Source: a virus
Taxonomy: Duplodnaviria; Caudoviricetes
Direction: 5' to 3' (one strand)
IMG/VR virus record: IMGVR_UViG_3300029288_000100
Location: 46,099-110,098 of that record
Length of the DNA stretch: 64,000 nt
Every line of letters begins with the position of its first letter. The stretch's first letter is position 1. Below are positions 18,582-28,154 of this stretch, piece after piece. The notes under the pieces are model-generated. The model was not told the DNA's origin and ran no database searches. It was given only the letters and a program-made list of their open reading frames with translations. The position numbers and the translations under genes were made by a program.

Positions 18582-19952
18582 CTAGGTCAGCACGCAGGAG
18601 AGCTGCTGGCTGCGGACACCGTTCGATTGGGCCGCGATCGCGACCACCTCACCCGCCGCACCCACGGCCGGCGACGTCACGATGATCGTGTCGTCCGCCC
18701 ACTTCGCGGTGGAGGCGTCTCCGGGCTCGTTCGCCGGGAGTGCCTCGAGGCCGCCGATCAGCACCCGGTTCAGGGAGTAATCGCCGAGTCCGCCTGTCAT
18801 TGGCGTTGCGGCCACCGCCGCCGTGAAGTTCCCAGCCCCGACCAGGTTCGCACGAACATGCCCGTCCGTCTGAGCTCCGTCGGCGTTGATCGCGGTGGCA
18901 ACGGCAGCACACGTGCTCCCACCCGCGGCCAGCGTGATGACGAGTGCCTTGGTGACCGGGTCGTAGGTCACCCCGAGGGCACCAGCGCCAGCGATCACTT
19001 CCACCGTGATCCCGCTCTTGCCCGGCTTCAAGGCGAAGAGGTCGAGCTCGACGGCTGCCTCTGTGATCCGCAGCGTGTCGAAGGTCTGCCCCTGGAGAAG
19101 GTTCGTCCCCTTCAGGGTCACATCGCCGCCGGCCGCGAGGAGCGCCGCGGTGTCGAAGTGCACGAGCTCCGGAGCCGTCGCCGCCCGCGCTGCCGGGTTG
19201 ATCAGTGGCAGCGGAAGGCTGGCGAGCCCGTACGACTTGAGCGTTACCGCGAGCTGGTCCTCCGCGTGCCGTGGGGTCGCTTGGCTCGAGAGGTCCGGCA
19301 CGGTCACGGAGACCGCGGTGTCAGTCCAGGTCGCCGCCGGGGCGATTCCGGTCGCATGGAGCGGAAGCGCCTCGACCCCGGAAACGAGCGCCTGGTTCCC
19401 AGCGTAGCTGCCGACGCCGCCCGTCATCTCGCGCGAGCTCTGCGCGAGGGTGAAGTTCCCACCGGCTGCGCTGACCGCGCGGATGTGCCCCTTGGTCTGG
19501 GCGCCTGCCGCGTTGATCGCGGTGGCGATCGCGTTGTCAGCACTTCCACCCGCGGCGAGCGTGATCGTCAGCACCTTGGTGGTCGAGTTGTAGGCGATCG
19601 CCAGGGCGCCCACTCCGAGTAGCATGACGACGGTGATCCCGGAGTCACCCGGCTTGAGCGGGTGCAGGTCGAGCTGCGCCGTCCCCTCGGTGAGGCGGAG
19701 CGTGTCGAACGTCTGCCCCTGGAGCAGGTTCCGCCCGCGCAGGACGAGCGTGCCCCCGGAAATGGCGAGCGGGTCGCCGTCCGCCCAGTCGAGCTCCGGG
19801 TATCCGCTTCGGGCCTCGAGCGCGATGAACTCTGCCGAGACCAAGGCCAGGTACGCGTTGACCGCCTTGACGAACTTGTCACCCTCGCCCGCTCCCCCGA
19901 GCTGCCCGTCGAAATACCCATCCGGGAGCGGCGTGAAAGTCAGCCTTGCCAT
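18582..19952 (-). CDS. Virion structural protein with tandem ~200-aa duplication
   Basis: Two copies of NLLQGQTFDTLR..LKPG.SGITV..TLAAGGS..AINA.GAQT.GH. Confidence 0.8.
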   Translation of the reverse strand: MARLTFTPLPDGYFDGQLGGAGEGDKFVKAVNAYLALVSAEFIALEARSGYPELDWADGDPLAISGGTLVLRGRNLLQGQTFDTLRLTEGTAQLDLHPLKPGDSGITVVMLLGVGALAIAYNSTTKVLTITLAAGGSADNAIATAINAAGAQTKGHIRAVSAAGGNFTLAQSSREMTGGVGSYAGNQALVSGVEALPLHATGIAPAATWTDTAVSVTVPDLSSQATPRHAEDQLAVTLKSYGLASLPLPLINPAARAATAPELVHFDTAALLAAGGDVTLKGTNLLQGQTFDTLRITEAAVELDLFALKPGKSGITVEVIAGAGALGVTYDPVTKALVITLAAGGSTCAAVATAINADGAQTDGHVRANLVGAGNFTAAVAATPMTGGLGDYSLNRVLIGGLEALPANEPGDASTAKWADDTIIVTSPAVGAAGEVVAIAAQSNGVRSQQLSCVLT

Positions 19953-20028
19953 CTGGTGCCTCCTTCATTGAGGGGTCGCATGTGCGGCTCCTCGGCTCCC
20001 GGTTCACGGGGAGTGTTGCGCGGCGTCC

Positions 20029-20337
20029 CTACTCGTGCGCCGCGTAGTAGTAGGTGTCGCCCAGGTTGTTGACCGACGCGTCGGTGCCCAGGGAGAAGCC
20101 CTTCTCCTGGAGCGTGATCCCCTGGACCACGACGAGCGTCCGGACGCCGTTCGCCGCGGTCTTGAAGAAAGACGCCGCGGGCATTCCCTCCAGGTGCTCC
20201 GCCTTGTCGATCGCGGTGGTGGACCGGTAGATCTCCAGCTTGCGCGGCTTGAACCCGACCTTGTCACCGATGATGCTGAGCGCGGCGCCCGTCCCGGTGT
20301 AGGCGCCGGTCACGACCCTCGAAGTTCCGCTTGCCAT
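20029..20337 (-). CDS. Small virion protein
   Basis: GAYTGTG..GFKP..GFSLG..VNN.G.TYYYAA pattern seen in phage tail accessory proteins. Confidence 0.75.
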   Translation of the reverse strand: MASGTSRVVTGAYTGTGAALSIIGDKVGFKPRKLEIYRSTTAIDKAEHLEGMPAASFFKTAANGVRTLVVVQGITLQEKGFSLGTDASVNNLGDTYYYAAHE

Positions 20338-20389
20338 CGTCTTCTGTCCTTTCAGCCGCCACTTCGCGCGACGGCAGTTGGTTTGCTCG

Positions 20390-23300
20390 CTACACGACCG
20401 CGTCGAAGATGCCCGCTTTGCCCACCACCACCCGGAGGCGCTCCGTCGTGTCGGCGAGGCGCAGCGTCAGCTCCGCGTTCTTGTCCCCGGCCGCCCGCGT
20501 GGCGTCCGTGTTGTTCTCGCTGTCGATCTTCAGGTTGACCGCCGCCTTGGGGTCGTCCCCGTTCGCGACGAACTTGTCGCCGCGGAGTGCGCCCTTCTTC
20601 CACTCGGGGTAGAGGAAGGTGAGAAACGCGGTCTTCGCCCGCTCGTCACTCGACTTGTCGTTGATCGCGAACACGATCCAGTCGAAGTTCTCCCGGAAGA
20701 GGTTCTCGTAGTGGCTCATCAGACAGCGCTGGTGGTACCACTGCCACGCGCTCGTCGGGGACAGCGTGCGGTCCCCCCAGAGAATGACGGTCCCCTGGCG
20801 GAACTTGATCACGTTGATGCCCTGCGGGTTGAGCTGCTCCTCATTGAGGACGGTCGCGGTCTCCGCGTTGCCCGTCGTCAGCTCGAGGACGTCCGGCAGC
20901 GTGACATCGATGCCGGCCGGCGCCTTGTGGTAGCCGTCGTATTGGCGCGCCACAAGGGCCTCGCGCCCGAGCACCATTCCGACGAGCGGGACGAGCTTGG
21001 TCGAGGACTTCGTCGCGCCGGGCGTGGTCTCCGGGTCGGTCACGTACCCCCACGACGGGAAGTGCGTGCAGCCGTACTCGGAGCGCCCGATCGTGGTGTT
21101 GATGTAGTCGATCGCGGCCGCCTCGGTGAGGATGTTCGACGGGAACTCGACCTTGTAGCCGAAGTTCCACGCTGCCGAAGCCTCGAGTGCCGCCTTCGTC
21201 ACCGCGGTCGAGCACAGGCCGGGCGTCGCCACCTTCACGAAGCCCTTGTTCTTGCCGAAGATGCGCGTGAGCGCCGACAGGTTCGCGTCGAAGGCGGCCA
21301 GATAATCCGCGTCCGAGACGGGCGAGGAGTCACACCCACCGCCGAACTCCTGCGGGTAGGCGAGCATGAAGGGCGCGCCGGCCGCGATCGTCCCGCCGTC
21401 AGTGAGGTCGAGCCCCGTCCGCACAGTCACGGAGCTGCGCGTGTTCGAGGCGACGACGAAGGAGAGGTTCGGCTTCGCGACCGCCGAGGGCCAGAGGTGC
21501 CACCCCTTCGCCTCGTCCGGCTCGAGGGCGAGGATCTGGAGGACAACGGTGTCCCCCTCTGCGAGCACCGTCCCGCCGTTCGTCACGGTGACCACCCCGA
21601 TCTCCGGGCCGAGGTCGCACGCCGACCCTGTGAAGGCGGCCTTGTTCACCGTGAGCGGACCGAGGGTCGTGGTCCACACGATCGCCGTCGCGCCCGCCTG
21701 GACGGTCCCGGTGAGGACCTGGGTCCGCACGCTCGCCCCGCGTGTGAACGTGACGCTCGGGTTCGCGCTCGTCTGCGAGTTCACCGTCACGTCGGGGTCC
21801 GGGAGCGTGAGCGTGAGAGAGGTGAGAACCTTGCTCAGCCCGTAGAGGTTCGCCGGCCGCACCGCCGCGATCGTCTTGTCCCCGGCGTAGAGGTCCTCGG
21901 CGGTGACCTCCGCGTTCGACGGGTCCTTGTTGATGATGGTCACCCAGTAGTTGGGCTTGGTCGGGTCCGTCGACAGGTTGAGCCACTTGTTCACCTCGTC
22001 GCCGTCGACGTAGAGGTGAAGCCCGAACTCCGTGGTCGGGTGTTCCTGGCCGTTCACCACGCGGATGGCGAGGCTCTTCTCGCGCGCGAGCCAGTCCAGG
22101 TTGTCGCGGGAGAGCAGGTAGCGGTTCGCGGGGGTCCCGATCCCGGCGGTCCAGTCCGCGAGGAGATCCTGGTCCGCGGCGACCGAGATCACGCCCGCTG
22201 CCGTGTTCCCGACGATCCTGTAGGTCTTCGTCGAGACCTTCTTCAGCTCGAGCGTGCCGCCGGCCCACTCGTTCTCGACCATCGCGTCGCCGGTGTCGAG
22301 GGTCGTCACCGTGAGGTCGCCCGCGCCGGTGATCTCGTCGAGGTGCGTCTTGCGCTGCCCACCCCACTTCCCGCCGTTCTTCGCGATGAGCCTGCCCAGC
22401 ACCTTGCGACCCGAGGCGAGCGCACCGGTCCCGTCGGACCCCTGGTGCTCCACGTTGTCGAGCCCGAGCTCGTCGTCGAGCGTCGAGGCCGCGATCACCT
22501 GGATGTAGCTGCTCGCGCCGGCGAGGTTGCTCTCGATGCGGAGGGCGCCCCCGACCGAAGTCACCGCGACGCCGCTCGAGTTGGTCCAGGCTGCCTCGAG
22601 GATGGTCTCGAGCTCGCCCGCGGTCACCTCGTTGACGTCCGCCACGTTGCTCGCGGTCGTGGCGGTCTCCACGATCGGGAACTGGAGCGCCACGTTGGCG
22701 GTTCCTCCCGTGACCTCGATGTACGAGTCCGTGCCCTTGGTGTCAGAAGTGATGGTGACGCGTGCACCGACCGCGGTGACGGAGACCTGGGCACCGAGGA
22801 TCTTCGCTGCGATGACAGCCGCGACTTCCTCTGCCGTCGCCGCTCCGATGTCGACGAACTCCCCGGTGAGGAACGTGATCGTCTGGACGGCCCCGCGGTC
22901 GATCTTCACGGTCAGGGTCTGCTCGTTGGCGAGCGCGAAGGTCTCGTCAGCCCCGTTCTGGAGGGTCGCCGCGATCGCGGCGATGGTGGCCGTCTGGTTG
23001 CCCGCCCGGTCCACGCTGCCGACAAGTGTTCCACCGTGCTCGAGCGCCCAGGGTCCCGCGACGCCGCCGAGCACCGCAGCCTTCACTGCGGAGGCCGCGC
23101 CGAGCGGCGTGGTCCCCTGGCGGGTGAAGAGCTGCAGCGCCGACTTGACCTCGTCGCCGCCCGTCACCCGCAGGGTGATGAGCTCCCCCGCGCCGCGCCC
23201 GAGCTTGAAGAAGTCAAGAGCCGCGCCGGGCGCGAAGCTCGTCGCGAGGCGGCCGCCGTTCCGGCGCCTGAAGTCCTTCTCACCAGAGAGGAAGCTCGCA

Positions 23301-23437
23301 CGATCGGTGAGACCCCGCTCGAACTCGCCGACCATCACGGTCACGCCGTAGGGGGCCGGCTGGATGCCCGCCTGAGCTTCCTTCTCCTCCACCGACACGC
23401 CCGCGCCGAGCACGGGTCCGAAGCGACGAACGGCCAT
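20390..23437 (-). CDS. Tail sheath protein (with inserted domains)
   Basis: GAGVSVEEK N-terminus; YHKAPAG, LNPQGINVI, ILWGDRTL, WIVFAIND C-terminal sheath motifs. Confidence 0.95.
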   Translation of the reverse strand: MAVRRFGPVLGAGVSVEEKEAQAGIQPAPYGVTVMVGEFERGLTDRASFLSGEKDFRRRNGGRLATSFAPGAALDFFKLGRGAGELITLRVTGGDEVKSALQLFTRQGTTPLGAASAVKAAVLGGVAGPWALEHGGTLVGSVDRAGNQTATIAAIAATLQNGADETFALANEQTLTVKIDRGAVQTITFLTGEFVDIGAATAEEVAAVIAAKILGAQVSVTAVGARVTITSDTKGTDSYIEVTGGTANVALQFPIVETATTASNVADVNEVTAGELETILEAAWTNSSGVAVTSVGGALRIESNLAGASSYIQVIAASTLDDELGLDNVEHQGSDGTGALASGRKVLGRLIAKNGGKWGGQRKTHLDEITGAGDLTVTTLDTGDAMVENEWAGGTLELKKVSTKTYRIVGNTAAGVISVAADQDLLADWTAGIGTPANRYLLSRDNLDWLAREKSLAIRVVNGQEHPTTEFGLHLYVDGDEVNKWLNLSTDPTKPNYWVTIINKDPSNAEVTAEDLYAGDKTIAAVRPANLYGLSKVLTSLTLTLPDPDVTVNSQTSANPSVTFTRGASVRTQVLTGTVQAGATAIVWTTTLGPLTVNKAAFTGSACDLGPEIGVVTVTNGGTVLAEGDTVVLQILALEPDEAKGWHLWPSAVAKPNLSFVVASNTRSSVTVRTGLDLTDGGTIAAGAPFMLAYPQEFGGGCDSSPVSDADYLAAFDANLSALTRIFGKNKGFVKVATPGLCSTAVTKAALEASAAWNFGYKVEFPSNILTEAAAIDYINTTIGRSEYGCTHFPSWGYVTDPETTPGATKSSTKLVPLVGMVLGREALVARQYDGYHKAPAGIDVTLPDVLELTTGNAETATVLNEEQLNPQGINVIKFRQGTVILWGDRTLSPTSAWQWYHQRCLMSHYENLFRENFDWIVFAINDKSSDERAKTAFLTFLYPEWKKGALRGDKFVANGDDPKAAVNLKIDSENNTDATRAAGDKNAELTLRLADTTERLRVVVGKAGIFDAVV

Positions 23438-23450
23438 GGTGCGACTCCTC

Positions 23451-24794
23451 CTAGTTCACCTGGAAGGTCTCCGGCGGTGAGGCGGGGACCGGCGCACCGG
23501 CGGCGGTCGCGCGCACCTCGCCCTCGGCGGGGACGTGTTTGAAGGCCGGGCAGAACGCGGCGACCACCGGCGCATCGAACGCCGGTCGCAGGTGCATCGC
23601 CACGTCCTCGATCGCGAAGGTCATCAGGTGTACGCGCACGTCAGGCGCGTTCGACGCGCTCTCGATCGCGCGGAATTCGTCGAGGATGCGCAGGCGGTAC
23701 CGGCGGTCGGTGGCGCGGCTCCGCAGGAAGGGACCCACCTCACCGGCCGGCCCGATCAGGAAGAACCGGAGCAGCGCCTCCTGCAGGCGCTGCTGGCCGC
23801 GGGTACGGTCCGTACGCACCTCGAGCTGGATGCGGAAGTTCATCCGCAAGGGCGCTGGCAGCACGGTCCCCACCTCGGTGTCACGGCGGACGACCGAGGC
23901 ACGGGCTCCAGCAGGCGCCTGGGTTGACCCGGGTGTCTCCACCTGCGTCAACACCACCTGCGGTAGGCGGCCGACCTCCTCGAAGTCCTGCTGCGTGCCC
24001 CACGCGACAGTCGACCGCGCAAGCATCCGCAGAAGAGGCACGTGCCCCTCCGGGATCGGCGCAGAGAGCGCGAGGAGCTTCGTGGCCGGGTCGTAGCTCG
24101 TGAGCAGGTTGACCAGGTGACTCGGGTCCGCAGTGTCGTCGAATGCCGCGTCCGCCCCGACCAGCTCGAGCGCCGCCTCGTCGGTGTACACCGAGAGGTC
24201 GATTTCCTCGGCCTCCTCGGTCAGGGGCGGGAGCGCGAGCTCCTCGACGTAGTCCAGGCCCTCGCGGAGCGAGCCGAGCAGGGAGTCGACCAGCAAATCC
24301 TCCTGCCAGTCGACCGGACCGCGCCAGAGTACCGCCGCGCCCAGGACCTCCGGCGTCACGTTGCCGTCCGTCGTCCGGAGGTTGAAGGTCAGAGCGAAAG
24401 CCCGCGAGGTGGCTACGTCCAGACTGGCGAGGTGCTGGTTGACCTCCGCCTCGGTGTTCCAGTCCCCGGGTCCGGCTTCCGACCACGCCGCGCCATCCCA
24501 GAAGAGGTCGCGGCTCCCGTTCCACACGCGCAGCCCAACCGAGGTTCCATCAGGAGTCGTCGCGTCGAGCTGCAGCGCGAGGAGCTGGCGGACGGCCCCA
24601 GGGCGGTGGGTATGGCTGCGGACCCAGATGTCTGGGTCCGTCGGGTACTGGTTGTTCGCCTGGACCTTGAGCTTCACGCAGTGGTCAGGCGTCAGCCGGA
24701 CCAGGTTGAGGTTCGAGAAGACGCTGGACGCCCGCGGGTCGAACCCTTGCCCGGGCGTCCAGCTAACCTCCGTGATGAGCCTTACTTCTTGCAT
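23451..24794 (-). CDS. Neck/tail terminator-like structural protein
   Basis: Long GC3-biased ORF directly upstream of the sheath. Confidence 0.65.
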   Translation of the reverse strand: MQEVRLITEVSWTPGQGFDPRASSVFSNLNLVRLTPDHCVKLKVQANNQYPTDPDIWVRSHTHRPGAVRQLLALQLDATTPDGTSVGLRVWNGSRDLFWDGAAWSEAGPGDWNTEAEVNQHLASLDVATSRAFALTFNLRTTDGNVTPEVLGAAVLWRGPVDWQEDLLVDSLLGSLREGLDYVEELALPPLTEEAEEIDLSVYTDEAALELVGADAAFDDTADPSHLVNLLTSYDPATKLLALSAPIPEGHVPLLRMLARSTVAWGTQQDFEEVGRLPQVVLTQVETPGSTQAPAGARASVVRRDTEVGTVLPAPLRMNFRIQLEVRTDRTRGQQRLQEALLRFFLIGPAGEVGPFLRSRATDRRYRLRILDEFRAIESASNAPDVRVHLMTFAIEDVAMHLRPAFDAPVVAAFCPAFKHVPAEGEVRATAAGAPVPASPPETFQVN

Positions 24795-24850
24795 CGTCCC
24801 GGTCAGGTTCGCGCGGGCCGGGAGGTGCGAGCCAAACGGAATGAGCGACT

Positions 24851-25435
24851 CTACTTTCGGAATGCGGTCACCACACCCTCACCAAGCTCCGCCGCGATTG
24901 CCGCCGCGGACTGCTCCAGTGGGACCCGGATGAACGGCCGGCCGCGCACGCGCCAAGTCTGCTCTGCCTGGCCGCTCGGGATCTGCTTGGCAGCCTTGTT
25001 GCCCTGCCGGCGCCGGAGCTCGGCAAAGACCGCCGCCCGTACCGCTGGTGTGACCTTGACGACGAACCCCTCGTGCAGCGCGATCCCGATGTTCACGAGG
25101 CCCCGCGCTCGCCCTCCACCGCGCCTGACTCGGGCGCCTGTCCGCATGAGTCCGCAGGCGCCCACGATCCTGTTTTTGGTGACCTCGACCGCCGTAGTGA
25201 TAGCCGCGATAAGGTCTCCATGGTCTTTGAGCGGTTTCGAGCTGCCCTTAATGAGCACGGTCAAGGCTGCATTGGGGAACCCGTGAGTTTCGCTCTTGAT
25301 GTACTCGATCGATGCCTTGCGGACCGCGAGCACCGCCCGGCGCATCCGGGCGCGCATCTCGTCCTGGAGGTTTTTCTGCGTGCCGCCGCGGAGCCAGCCG
25401 ACGAGCTCCTTGAAGCCGCGCAGCTCGAGGCTCAT
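24851..25435 (-). CDS. Neck / tail completion protein (gpG/HK97 gp10-like)
   Basis: KGSSKPLKDHGDL, ALHEG, RPFI motifs. Confidence 0.75.
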   Translation of the reverse strand: MSLELRGFKELVGWLRGGTQKNLQDEMRARMRRAVLAVRKASIEYIKSETHGFPNAALTVLIKGSSKPLKDHGDLIAAITTAVEVTKNRIVGACGLMRTGARVRRGGGRARGLVNIGIALHEGFVVKVTPAVRAAVFAELRRRQGNKAAKQIPSGQAEQTWRVRGRPFIRVPLEQSAAAIAAELGEGVVTAFRK

Positions 25436-25884
25436 GGCGCACGATCCGTGAAGCGGACCTCCAGGAGCGTCGCTCCACCATCTTCCGGGTAGAACGCAAC
25501 GTCGCGGAAGTAGCTGACGTAGAGGTTGACCGCCGTGCGCCCGATTCGCACGATGCGGTCTCCCCGCGCGATGCCGGGGGAGATCGTGCCGTCCAGGTTC
25601 TCGGTCGCGACGCCAGCGGCGAGGAGATCCGCGTAACGCACGAGGAAGTAGCCCTGCGACTCCTCCTCTACGCCGCCCGGGCGCACCTCAGGCCGGCCGC
25701 GGAAGCTGTCCGCCGTGTTCCAGTTCACCTGTGCCTCGAGGACGGTCACGTCGCCGAGTCCGGGCCCCTGCCCGGTCTTCCAGAGCTGCCGCACCGGTTC
25801 GCGCGCGAGCGGGTCAGACTTTGTCGCGGATCGCACCGCGCGCTGCAGGTGCACGGGCACCGGGTGGAGCAGGGTCGGCGTCAA
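25432..25884 (-). CDS. Head closure protein-like
   Basis: Position after the adaptor; RGDRIVRIG beta-barrel pattern. Confidence 0.65.
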   Translation of the reverse strand: MTPTLLHPVPVHLQRAVRSATKSDPLAREPVRQLWKTGQGPGLGDVTVLEAQVNWNTADSFRGRPEVRPGGVEEESQGYFLVRYADLLAAGVATENLDGTISPGIARGDRIVRIGRTAVNLYVSYFRDVAFYPEDGGATLLEVRFTDRAP

Positions 25885-26078
25885 GGCGCGCCCCCAGTGA
25901 GGAGCTCCTCCAGCCGGTCGAGGCGCTTGACGGCACGCACCAGGGCCTCTTCGATCACGTGGCCGCGCTCTGCGAGGTCCCCGCGCGCCGCAGAGATCAG
26001 CTCCAGTTCCCGCCGGAGGACGTCAGTCTCCCGTCGCACCGCTGCCAGTCGCTCGGCGTCCGGGACTCGCGCTGTCAT
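25881..26078 (-). CDS. Small coiled-coil protein
   Basis: 4-nt overlaps with both neighbours. Confidence 0.55.
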   Translation of the reverse strand: MTARVPDAERLAAVRRETDVLRRELELISAARGDLAERGHVIEEALVRAVKRLDRLEELLTGGAP

Positions 26079-27043
26079 TGCCGGAGCAGTGACCTCGGCG
26101 CCCGGACGATCAGGGGCGCCTTGTACATGGCGAGGATCTGGTCCACCTCGACGTCACCGGTGGCGGTCAGTACGCGGCCACCGGCGGTCGGGTCTGCGTA
26201 CTTGCGGCGGTGCCGGTCAGTCTCCTCCTCGATTACCGGGCCTGTCGCCCCACCCCCGCTCACCATCGGCCGGACCGAACGGCAAACCAGCCTCACCACT
26301 GCCCGGCGGATGAGCGGCGGCACGCCCCCGAAGACCCCTGACTCCTGGAACCCGAACACGCCGTCGATCGCCACGTTCCGCTCCCCGGCGGTGAACCGTG
26401 GTGGGCCGTCGAGAGGGCCTGTCCCGGAGAAGATGTTCGGGCTCGTCGAGATGAACTTGATCCGTGGGTTTCGCCGGTGGTCCGCTTCAGCGCCGCCCCG
26501 TCCGGTGTACGCAGTGAAGAGGTCGCTGGAGACCGCGACGCTGTCGATCCGGAGCTCAGTCAGGTAGATGATTGGTACCGGGAGCTGGAGCAACCACGAC
26601 CCACTCCCGTCGAGCTCCCAGGTCATTTCCCGGGGGAGGAACCACTGCCGGGTGCGCGCCTCCACGAAGGCCTGCATGGCGTCGATGAGCGCATTGATCC
26701 GCGCGTCGCTCGCGGAGGACGGGACGCCTTCCGCCCGCACATCGTCGACTGAAGCGTACCGACTCATCGCGTCGCCGCGGACAGGTTCGCTGGGCTCGCC
26801 CTCCGCGAGTGTCACCGAGTCGAGGAGCGCCCAGCGGTAGTAGGCGCTCAGTTCCCCCGCAGCATCGACGAAGGTGTAGAGGAGCTGCCCGGAGAGCAGG
26901 GTCAGGCGTGTCCCCGCGGTGGTGACTTCTGCGTAGGCCCCTCCAGCGGTCGCCGCCCGGTAGACCTTCACGCGGTCGTAGCCGGCGGCGAGGGCTTCGC
27001 TGACTCCGAGCACGTTGACCCGAACGGTGATTGCAGTCGCCAT
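26075..27043 (-). CDS. Head-tail adaptor with N-terminal FN3-like domain
   Basis: YASVDDVR, VEARTRQWF, LDGSG, VPPLIRRA motifs; N-terminal VYRA..Y..FVD..YYR. Confidence 0.8.
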   Translation of the reverse strand: MATAITVRVNVLGVSEALAAGYDRVKVYRAATAGGAYAEVTTAGTRLTLLSGQLLYTFVDAAGELSAYYRWALLDSVTLAEGEPSEPVRGDAMSRYASVDDVRAEGVPSSASDARINALIDAMQAFVEARTRQWFLPREMTWELDGSGSWLLQLPVPIIYLTELRIDSVAVSSDLFTAYTGRGGAEADHRRNPRIKFISTSPNIFSGTGPLDGPPRFTAGERNVAIDGVFGFQESGVFGGVPPLIRRAVVRLVCRSVRPMVSGGGATGPVIEEETDRHRRKYADPTAGGRVLTATGDVEVDQILAMYKAPLIVRAPRSLLRQ

Positions 27044-27091
27044 CCCCCAGACGGTAGGCGCGAAACCATCCCATGATCCGAGCAGAATGAG

Positions 27092-27442
27092 TTACGGGCG
27101 GTATCGGAGCTTGCCGCGGCGGTCCAAGTCCACCCGGAACCGCCCGGCCCGGCCGTTGAGGTGCATGCTGAGCGTGACCAGCACATCATCCAGCCAGGCC
27201 CGCACCCGCTCCGCTACCGGCTCTCCGGCCCCGTTGCGGACCACCTCCGCGTCAAAGGCTTCGACGCGGAACCGCCGCGGGAGGGGGAGGTCGGCACGGT
27301 GGGGACCCTCCGCCAGGGCCAGTCCGCGCACAGTGTGGGGGAAGTCTGGCGCAGCGGCGATCGAGCGCCATGTCTGGGCGCCGTCCTCGGTGCGGAGGTC
27401 GACGGGGAGCACAGACCCGTCCTGTCGGCTGACGTAGAGCAC
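27092..27442 (-). CDS. Hypothetical phage protein
   Basis: Fits the gene chain, GC3 bias. Confidence 0.6.
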   Translation of the reverse strand: MLYVSRQDGSVLPVDLRTEDGAQTWRSIAAAPDFPHTVRGLALAEGPHRADLPLPRRFRVEAFDAEVVRNGAGEPVAERVRAWLDDVLVTLSMHLNGRAGRFRVDLDRRGKLRYRP

Positions 27443-27446
27443 CGAC

Positions 27447-27776
27447 TCAGGACTCGTCCGGCTTGCGTTCCTTGAGCGCCACGAGCTGCCGGGCGTGCGG
27501 GAGGTGTCCGAAGCCGAACCGGGTGGCGCGGCGGTTGACCTCCGCCTCGCTCATCCCGCGCCGGTCGATCCGCTGACTCTCCACGTACGGCTGCACGAAC
27601 AGCCGGCGGAAGAGGGCGGGCTCGTGCGCCCGGAGGTGCTCGAGCTCGGCCGCCGAGATCGCCCGGGGCACGTCGGGGAAGAGTCGGATCGCGCCGAAGC
27701 ACGACCGCTCGACGCCCTCGGGGATCTCCACGGAGGCCGCCGGCTGATCACGAAGCGTGACGATCACCTTCTTCAT
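27447..27776 (-). CDS. Hypothetical phage protein
   Basis: GGAGGTG RBS, ATGA overlap. Confidence 0.7.
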   Translation of the reverse strand: MKKVIVTLRDQPAASVEIPEGVERSCFGAIRLFPDVPRAISAAELEHLRAHEPALFRRLFVQPYVESQRIDRRGMSEAEVNRRATRFGFGHLPHARQLVALKERKPDES

Positions 27777-28138
27777 GCGGCACCTCCGATCAGCTTCACC
27801 TGGAAGCGGCTGCTCCCGCGGGCGAAGGTGACGAGCTCGGGGTCGCTCGTCACCACCGGCTGCCCGGCGACGAACGTGCGCCCCTTGCGCGCCCCGTAGG
27901 TGGCCCCCTCCACGAGGGTGATCTCGTAGATCAGGACCCGCGGAGTCACCGGCTTCTCCGGCTCTGGTTCGGCCAGCTCGCGCACCCGCGGCTGGGGCTT
28001 GGGTTCCTCCCTCAGGGCTTCCTCCTCTGGAGCTTCCTCGGGAGCGGACTTCAGCTCCTTGGTCACCTCTGTCGGTGGGAGCGCCCGCTTCGGTCCCCCG
28101 ACATCCGGGGGCGACGCTCTCTGTTGCCTCTTCTTCAT
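27773..28138 (-). CDS. Hypothetical phage protein after the capsid gene
   Basis: GGAGGTG RBS; Pro/Glu-rich N-terminus. Confidence 0.7.
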   Translation of the reverse strand: MKKRQQRASPPDVGGPKRALPPTEVTKELKSAPEEAPEEEALREEPKPQPRVRELAEPEPEKPVTPRVLIYEITLVEGATYGARKGRTFVAGQPVVTSDPELVTFARGSSRFQVKLIGGAA

Positions 28139-28154
28139 GGCGTCACCTCCCCCG

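Noticed and set aside
8716-23437. Stand-alone contractile injection system or tailocin
   Set aside because: Contiguous with terminase, portal, protease and capsid genes, so it is a phage tail
20378-23542. Long plus-strand ORFs (e.g. 1054 aa here, also 5661-7787 and 32647-34722)
   Set aside because: Antisense shadows of well-supported minus-strand genes, as expected in high-GC DNA
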